From an uncultured Eubacteriales bacterium (GTDB lineage Bacteria; Bacillota; Clostridia; Oscillospirales; CAG-272): a DNA stretch of 64,000 nucleotides. Below, piece by piece: positions 59,573-64,000 of the stretch (position 1 is the stretch's first letter; each line of letters opens with the position of its first letter). The notes under the pieces were generated by a model. That model worked only from the letters and a program-made list of their open reading frames with translations. It was not told the DNA's origin and made no database searches. The position numbers were made by a program, and so were the translations under genes. The stretch spans positions 13,459-77,458 of the forward strand of contig UQXK01000001.1 of the NCBI GenBank assembly GCA_900544985.1, read 5' to 3'.

Positions 59573-60894
59573 AAAAAATTTCTTTTGATATAGAGCCTTC
59601 GGAAAAGCAGATGGAGTTTTTTATGTCGGAAGCCAGATTTACGGCTTACGGCGGAGCGCGCGGAGGCGGCAAGAGCTGGGCTTTGAGGTATAAGCTGCTT
59701 CTTCTCTGCCTGAATTATCCGGGGATAAGGACGATAATAATACGACGCAGTTACCCCGAACTTTACGAAAACCACGTATTGCCGCTTCTGAAAATATTGG
59801 AGGGAACTTCTCTTGCTTCTTACAGTGAGGAGCATAAGGAATTTAAATTCGTGAACGGTTCGACAATAAAGCTCGGCTATCTTTCAAACGAAAAGGATCT
59901 TCTCAGATATCAGGGGCAGGAGTTCGATATAATAGCGATAGACGAGGCGACGCAGATAGTGGAAAATGCTTTCCGCATTCTTTGCGCGTCTTTGCGAGGA
60001 ACCAACGATTTTCCGAAGCGCGTCTATCTTACATGCAATCCCGGCGGGGTGGGGCACGGTTTTGTAAAGCGGCTTTTTATAGACAGAGCGTACAGAAAAG
60101 GAGAGCGCGCTGAGGACTACCGTTTTATACGCGCTCTCGCATACGACAACAAAGCGCTTCTCGGAAGCGACCCGGGGTATATAGACCGTCTGGAAGCTCT
60201 TCCCGAAAAATTGAGAAAGGCGTGGCTCTACGGGGAGTGGGACGTTTTCGAGGGGCAATTCTTTCCCGAATTCGATGTTTCGGTGCATACTTCGTTCAAC
60301 ATTGAAGTTCCGGAAAATTCGGTAAGATACTGTTCTATGGACTACGGGCTCGATATGCTGGCGTGTCTTTTTATTGCGGTCGATGAAAAAGGTCACGCAT
60401 ATGTGTATGATGAAATATATAAAAGCGACCTTGTCGTGAGCGAGGCGGCAAGGCTGATCAAAGACAAGGCAACGGGAGACATGATATTCATAGCGCCCGC
60501 GGACCTGTGGTCAAGGCAAAAGGACAGCGGAAAGAGCATAGCGGAGCTTTTTTCCGAAAACGGGGTATATCTTACAAAGCTTTTTCCGAACAGGGTATTC
60601 GGCTGGGCGGCGCTGAAAGAGTGGCTGAAAATAGAAAATGACAGCGGAAAACCGCGCATGATAATAGACAGAAAATGCGAAAATATAATACGCACGCTTC
60701 CGCTTCTTATGCATGACAGGAATGTGTGCGACGATGTCGCCGTAAATCCGCACGAGATAACCCATGCGCCCGACGCATTACGATATTTTGCGTCGTACCG
60801 CGCTTCTTTTGCAAAAGAGAGCACACCGCAATATCTTTTCCGAAATGCGGATGCCAAAAAGAAAAATATTCTGACAGGAGGTAATCTTTATTAG
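59569..60894 (+). CDS. Terminase large subunit (PBSX/Terminase_3-type)
   Basis: 441 aa. Walker A in FTAYGGARGGGKSWALRYKLL and Walker B in FDIIAIDEATQ, with a C-terminal nuclease region. Confidence 0.9.
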   Translation: MKKISFDIEPSEKQMEFFMSEARFTAYGGARGGGKSWALRYKLLLLCLNYPGIRTIIIRRSYPELYENHVLPLLKILEGTSLASYSEEHKEFKFVNGSTIKLGYLSNEKDLLRYQGQEFDIIAIDEATQIVENAFRILCASLRGTNDFPKRVYLTCNPGGVGHGFVKRLFIDRAYRKGERAEDYRFIRALAYDNKALLGSDPGYIDRLEALPEKLRKAWLYGEWDVFEGQFFPEFDVSVHTSFNIEVPENSVRYCSMDYGLDMLACLFIAVDEKGHAYVYDEIYKSDLVVSEAARLIKDKATGDMIFIAPADLWSRQKDSGKSIAELFSENGVYLTKLFPNRVFGWAALKEWLKIENDSGKPRMIIDRKCENIIRTLPLLMHDRNVCDDVAVNPHEITHAPDALRYFASYRASFAKESTPQYLFRNADAKKKNILTGGNLY

Positions 60895-60896
60895 AT

Positions 60897-62537
60897 ATGA
60901 ATTTTAAATTTTCCGAAAAGAGAAAAAATATAGACGAACATTTGTTCGATACAATAAAAAGCCGCGAGGATAATATAAAGGAACTTTTTGAAAAATCGGT
61001 TTCTTACAGGAGCGGCGCCGACAAATATTGGCGGAAAATGCGCTCGTATTACGACGGCACGCACGATACCGCAAGGAGAACGGGCGATTTTCTTGCCTTT
61101 GTCAATATTCCGTGGAAGCCCGCGGAGCTTCCCGACGGGTATATGCACGTGGAAAGCCAGGTCTCCCCGAAACTGCCCGATTTTGAATTTTCAGGCAGGA
61201 ACAGCGGAGACACCGACTATGCGAGAGCGCGCGAAAAGATCACAAGGTACATTTTCGATATAAACGATATGGAACGGAAAAATGCGACAAACGAACGCAG
61301 ACTCGGAATTTACGGGAGTGCGGTGTGGAAGCTTTCCGCATATGAGGACGTTTACGGACGCCCGGAGATAATGGTGGAAAATCCGTCTCCCGAAAGTATA
61401 TTTCCCGACCCGTGCGCCTCGAATATAGACGAATGCGAATATATAGGTCACGTTTACAGAATGAGCATTTTCCGTGCGGAGAGGATTTTTGCGGAAGATA
61501 TGAAAAGAAAGGGGATTACCTTCCGTGAGCTTTTGCGCGACGAAAAAGGCAAGAGCCTTTCCGGAGAAGAGGACACCGTAGAAGTGCTCGAATGGTGGTT
61601 CAGACAGCGTTCCGACGGAGAATATATAAACGCAAACGGGGAAAAGGCGTATTATTCGAGAGGAGACATAGCGCTTTCCGTTCTTATATGCGGAAAGGAA
61701 GTAAGATATATCCCAAAATTTTTTACAAAGACGAATTACAATTCTTTTCCGTTTGCGATATATTCGCGCATACCGAAAGACGGCAGTATATGGGGAAAGA
61801 GCGAGCTGGAAGAGATAATTCCTCTTATAGACGCGGCGGACAGACAGCTCGCTTTTGCGCAGTTGAATACGGCGTTTTCCGCAAACGATATAGTCGTATA
61901 TGAGGAGAATGCTTTCTCTCCCGACAGCTACCCCGACAACAGACCCGGTGCTGTGTGGAAGCTCCGTCCGGGAATGATGGACAAGGTTTCACGTCTCGGA
62001 GGGCTTGCGGGCGAGAGTCTTTCTCATTATGAAATCGTCGAAAAGTACAGGACGATGATAAAAGATGTGCTCGGAAACTATGATTATATGCAGGGGGACT
62101 ATTCTACCCGCGTAACTACCGCGACGGGGCTTGCGCTTCTTTCCGATCTTGCGGCAAGCCGTGCGAGCGTAAAGAACGTCTGCAAAAAAGCGGGATTTGC
62201 TTCTTTGTGCCACCTTTGCGATATATTCGCGCTCGAATTTTATACCGATGAGAAGATAGCGCTTATTTTCGACGGGGACGAAAAAGCGGCGGAATATCTT
62301 TCGAAGGTAAGGTCTGCGGATTATATTCCCGAGATAGACGTGAGGGTGAACATAGGCGAAGGCGTCGAAAATTCACGTTCGTTTACCATATCGGCGCTCA
62401 CGTCTCTGATAGACAAAGACGTGAACGAAGAGAACTATCCTCTTGTAAGGGCGTATATAAACGCTGTCGATATCCCCGAAAAAGCGGAGATAATTTCACA
62501 GCTCGATAAAAAATTCGGAGCTTGTGCGGTCCTATAA
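60897..62537 (+). CDS. Portal protein
   Basis: 546 aa located immediately after terL. Size and position are typical of portal proteins, and the conserved central region is portal-like. Confidence 0.8.
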   Translation: MNFKFSEKRKNIDEHLFDTIKSREDNIKELFEKSVSYRSGADKYWRKMRSYYDGTHDTARRTGDFLAFVNIPWKPAELPDGYMHVESQVSPKLPDFEFSGRNSGDTDYARAREKITRYIFDINDMERKNATNERRLGIYGSAVWKLSAYEDVYGRPEIMVENPSPESIFPDPCASNIDECEYIGHVYRMSIFRAERIFAEDMKRKGITFRELLRDEKGKSLSGEEDTVEVLEWWFRQRSDGEYINANGEKAYYSRGDIALSVLICGKEVRYIPKFFTKTNYNSFPFAIYSRIPKDGSIWGKSELEEIIPLIDAADRQLAFAQLNTAFSANDIVVYEENAFSPDSYPDNRPGAVWKLRPGMMDKVSRLGGLAGESLSHYEIVEKYRTMIKDVLGNYDYMQGDYSTRVTTATGLALLSDLAASRASVKNVCKKAGFASLCHLCDIFALEFYTDEKIALIFDGDEKAAEYLSKVRSADYIPEIDVRVNIGEGVENSRSFTISALTSLIDKDVNEENYPLVRAYINAVDIPEKAEIISQLDKKFGACAVL

Positions 62538-62554
62538 CACAGGAGAAAAAATCT

Positions 62555-63301
62555 ATGAACGAGAATAATGAAAAAAATACGGATCTTAAATCCGATGAAA
62601 TAAAAGAACAAAAAACGGAAGAGCTTTTCTTTGATAATTCACATTGCGAAGAGGCTCGCGTTTCCGAAAATGAAGCGGAGCTTACGCATGATGAATCGGA
62701 AATTTCTCAGAGCGGCGAAGAGGTGTCGGCGGAGGAAAAAAATATTTTATCCGTCGAAGATAAAGAAACGTACGGCGCGGCGGCTGACGGAAATGCAAAT
62801 GCGGAATCAGACGAGAACTTGGAAAATTCGTCTTTATCGGAAGAGAAGGATTTTACAGAAGAATTCGAAAACGGTGAATCGGAATCGACTAGTTTGGAAG
62901 AAGAAATCGGAAATGATAAATCGGAAGAAAAGCTTTCCGATACCGAAACGGTTCCCGAATACGAAAACGAAACGCTGTCCGATATTTCAGACGATGAAGA
63001 AGATTTTCGCATTTCCGACGAGGAATTTTCGAGAGCGCTCAAAAATCCGATGTTTCCGATGTTTTCAAGAGGAAGAAACGAGAGCGTGGAGCAGAGCGTC
63101 AGAAATTTTTGCAAGATGATCGCCGCGGGAAAAAATTCTGTTTCCGAAGAGGACAGAATACGTATGACGCCGTATTCCGGTTACGGTGTCGTTTCCGATA
63201 TAGCTCTTTCGGAAAGGCAGAAAAAAATAGCGAGGGAAGCGGGAATGTCGTACAGGGAATACTACGAGATAATAAAGTCGCTTCCCCAAAAATCAAAATA
63301 A
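62555..63301 (+). CDS. Scaffolding protein (highly acidic)
   Basis: ATG at 62555 after AGGAG. It has a long E/D/S-rich region followed by a conserved C-terminus, and lies between the portal and capsid genes. Confidence 0.6.
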   Translation: MNENNEKNTDLKSDEIKEQKTEELFFDNSHCEEARVSENEAELTHDESEISQSGEEVSAEEKNILSVEDKETYGAAADGNANAESDENLENSSLSEEKDFTEEFENGESESTSLEEEIGNDKSEEKLSDTETVPEYENETLSDISDDEEDFRISDEEFSRALKNPMFPMFSRGRNESVEQSVRNFCKMIAAGKNSVSEEDRIRMTPYSGYGVVSDIALSERQKKIAREAGMSYREYYEIIKSLPQKSK

Positions 63302-63318
63302 AAATGGAGGATTTTTAA

Positions 63319-64000
63319 ATGAATGATGTATATACATGGTCGGACGATATGTATCCGATCGTTAAAAAAAGTTTCGAGGAGAGATATTCTTCCCGTATAA
63401 ACGCCATAAGCCGAGTTGCGGGCGTTGTTAAACAGAATGAGCTTACTTATGATATAGAGGGGCTCGGCGGTTACGGTGCGCTTCCCGAATACAGCGCAAA
63501 AAATCTTTCCCGTGCGGACGGCACGAAAGGTTTTATAACAACGGTAACGCCGACAGAGAAGGCGTTAGCTTTCCCCGTATCTTATAAAAATGCCAAAAAC
63601 GATATCGTGGGCGAGGCGGAAAAAACGGGAATCCGTCTTGCGGATTCCGCGTATATGACTGTCCTTTGCGGATTTTATAAAATGTTTGAAAACGCATTTA
63701 CGGCAAAAGGCGCCGACGGTGTTTCATGGGCGTCCGAGGCTCACCCCGTAAATAACGAAAGTACGTCTACTACTTTTTCCAATGTAATAAAAAAGGCGCT
63801 TTCTCTTGACTCTGTTCTTGCGGCGCAAAAGCAGGCGAGCTCCTTTGTCACGAGCGACGGACTTCCTTTCGTTGCGGATTTCGATCTTCTTCTCGTAAGC
63901 CCCGAGCTTGAAGGCAAGGCGCGCGAGATATGCGGTAAAGACGCTTCGCTTTCTCCTGTATCAAACCCCGAAACGGGAATAGGCGCAAATCCCGTTTACG
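63319..64000 (+). CDS. Major capsid protein (partial, runs off window end)
   Basis: My own translation from the ATG at 63319, which follows GGAGG, gives MNDVYTWSDDMYPIVKKSFEERYSSRINAISRVAGVVKQNELTYDIEGLGGYGALPEY... It is stop-free to the window end. The position after the scaffold gene supports the call. Confidence 0.65.
   Translation, partial: MNDVYTWSDDMYPIVKKSFEERYSSRINAISRVAGVVKQNELTYDIEGLGGYGALPEYSAKNLSRADGTKGFITTVTPTEKALAFPVSYKNAKNDIVGEAEKTGIRLADSAYMTVLCGFYKMFENAFTAKGADGVSWASEAHPVNNESTSTTFSNVIKKALSLDSVLAAQKQASSFVTSDGLPFVADFDLLLVSPELEGKAREICGKDASLSPVSNPETGIGANPVY

Larger units (their letters stand above)
58435..64000 (+). mobile_element. Phage-derived packaging/head cluster 2 (partial; continues past window end), no lysogeny or regulatory genes between it and host DNA
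   Basis: TerS, TerL, portal, scaffold and capsid genes lie on the plus strand from 59138. The upstream 0.9 kb is non-coding and carries a consensus promoter and terminators. Confidence 0.7.

Noticed and set aside
59884-60857. Minus-strand ORFs (170 and 154 aa) inside terL, and alternative-frame ORFs 62631..63119(+) and 62707..63114(-) inside the scaffold gene
   Set aside because: They are antisense or off-frame shadows. The scaffold region is a GA/GAA-rich acidic repeat that stays open in several frames.

Overview
This looks like a low-to-mid GC Firmicutes/Clostridia-type chromosome segment with three parts.

(1) 1 to ~42.3 kb is the right-hand ~42 kb of an integrated prophage; its left end is outside the window. 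Genes run almost entirely on the minus strand.
- Tail: P2/Mu-like contractile tail, comprising a frameshifted tape measure gene, a gpE/E'-type chaperone with a T TTT TTA -1 slippery site, tube and sheath.
- Head and packaging: lambda-order module of Nu1-like TerS, GpA TerL, gpW, portal, ClpP/S49 protease-scaffold, gpD-like decoration protein and gpE-like capsid. An antisense hicAB moron is inserted between gpW and the portal gene.
- Early region, unusually rich in DNA-modification genes: three PAPS-reductase-like PP-loop enzymes, three ParB-N proteins, an SNF2 helicase, a beta-class MTase, a circularly permuted C5-MTase, ASCH, a Lar-like protein and YopX.
- Replication and recombination: replisome organizer with an HNH insert, G40P-loader-like protein, SSB, RusA, Sak4-like ATPase and NinB-like protein.
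- Lysogeny: a Cro/CI-type switch with two paralogous XRE repressors, a double-SWIM protein and a large serine recombinase.

The most unusual unit is a translationally coupled operon at 16.0-20.5 kb: Na+/solute symporter, PAPS-reductase-like, ParB-like, IbrA-like, IbrB-like. I flag it as a candidate uncharacterised phage DNA- or nucleotide-modification system with its own importer. That functional reading is inference only.

(2) 42.3-58.2 kb is host DNA: MmcQ/YjbR, XRE-TM regulator, DUF4886, tandem lipoproteins, PFOR/nifJ, YwaF-like protein, YfhO, RqcH and a DUF1113 protein. A ~180-bp REP/MITE-like repeat family that carries its own terminators is interspersed among these genes.

(3) 58.4-64.0 kb is a second phage-derived packaging/head cluster (TerS, PBSX-type TerL, portal, scaffold, partial capsid). 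It abuts host genes directly, with no lysogeny genes in view. It is preceded by a consensus promoter, a ~105-nt structured and terminated leader, and a second terminator.

No rRNA, tRNA or CRISPR array was found. All functional calls rest on motif and family recognition by eye from the supplied translations and my own translations. No database search was run.
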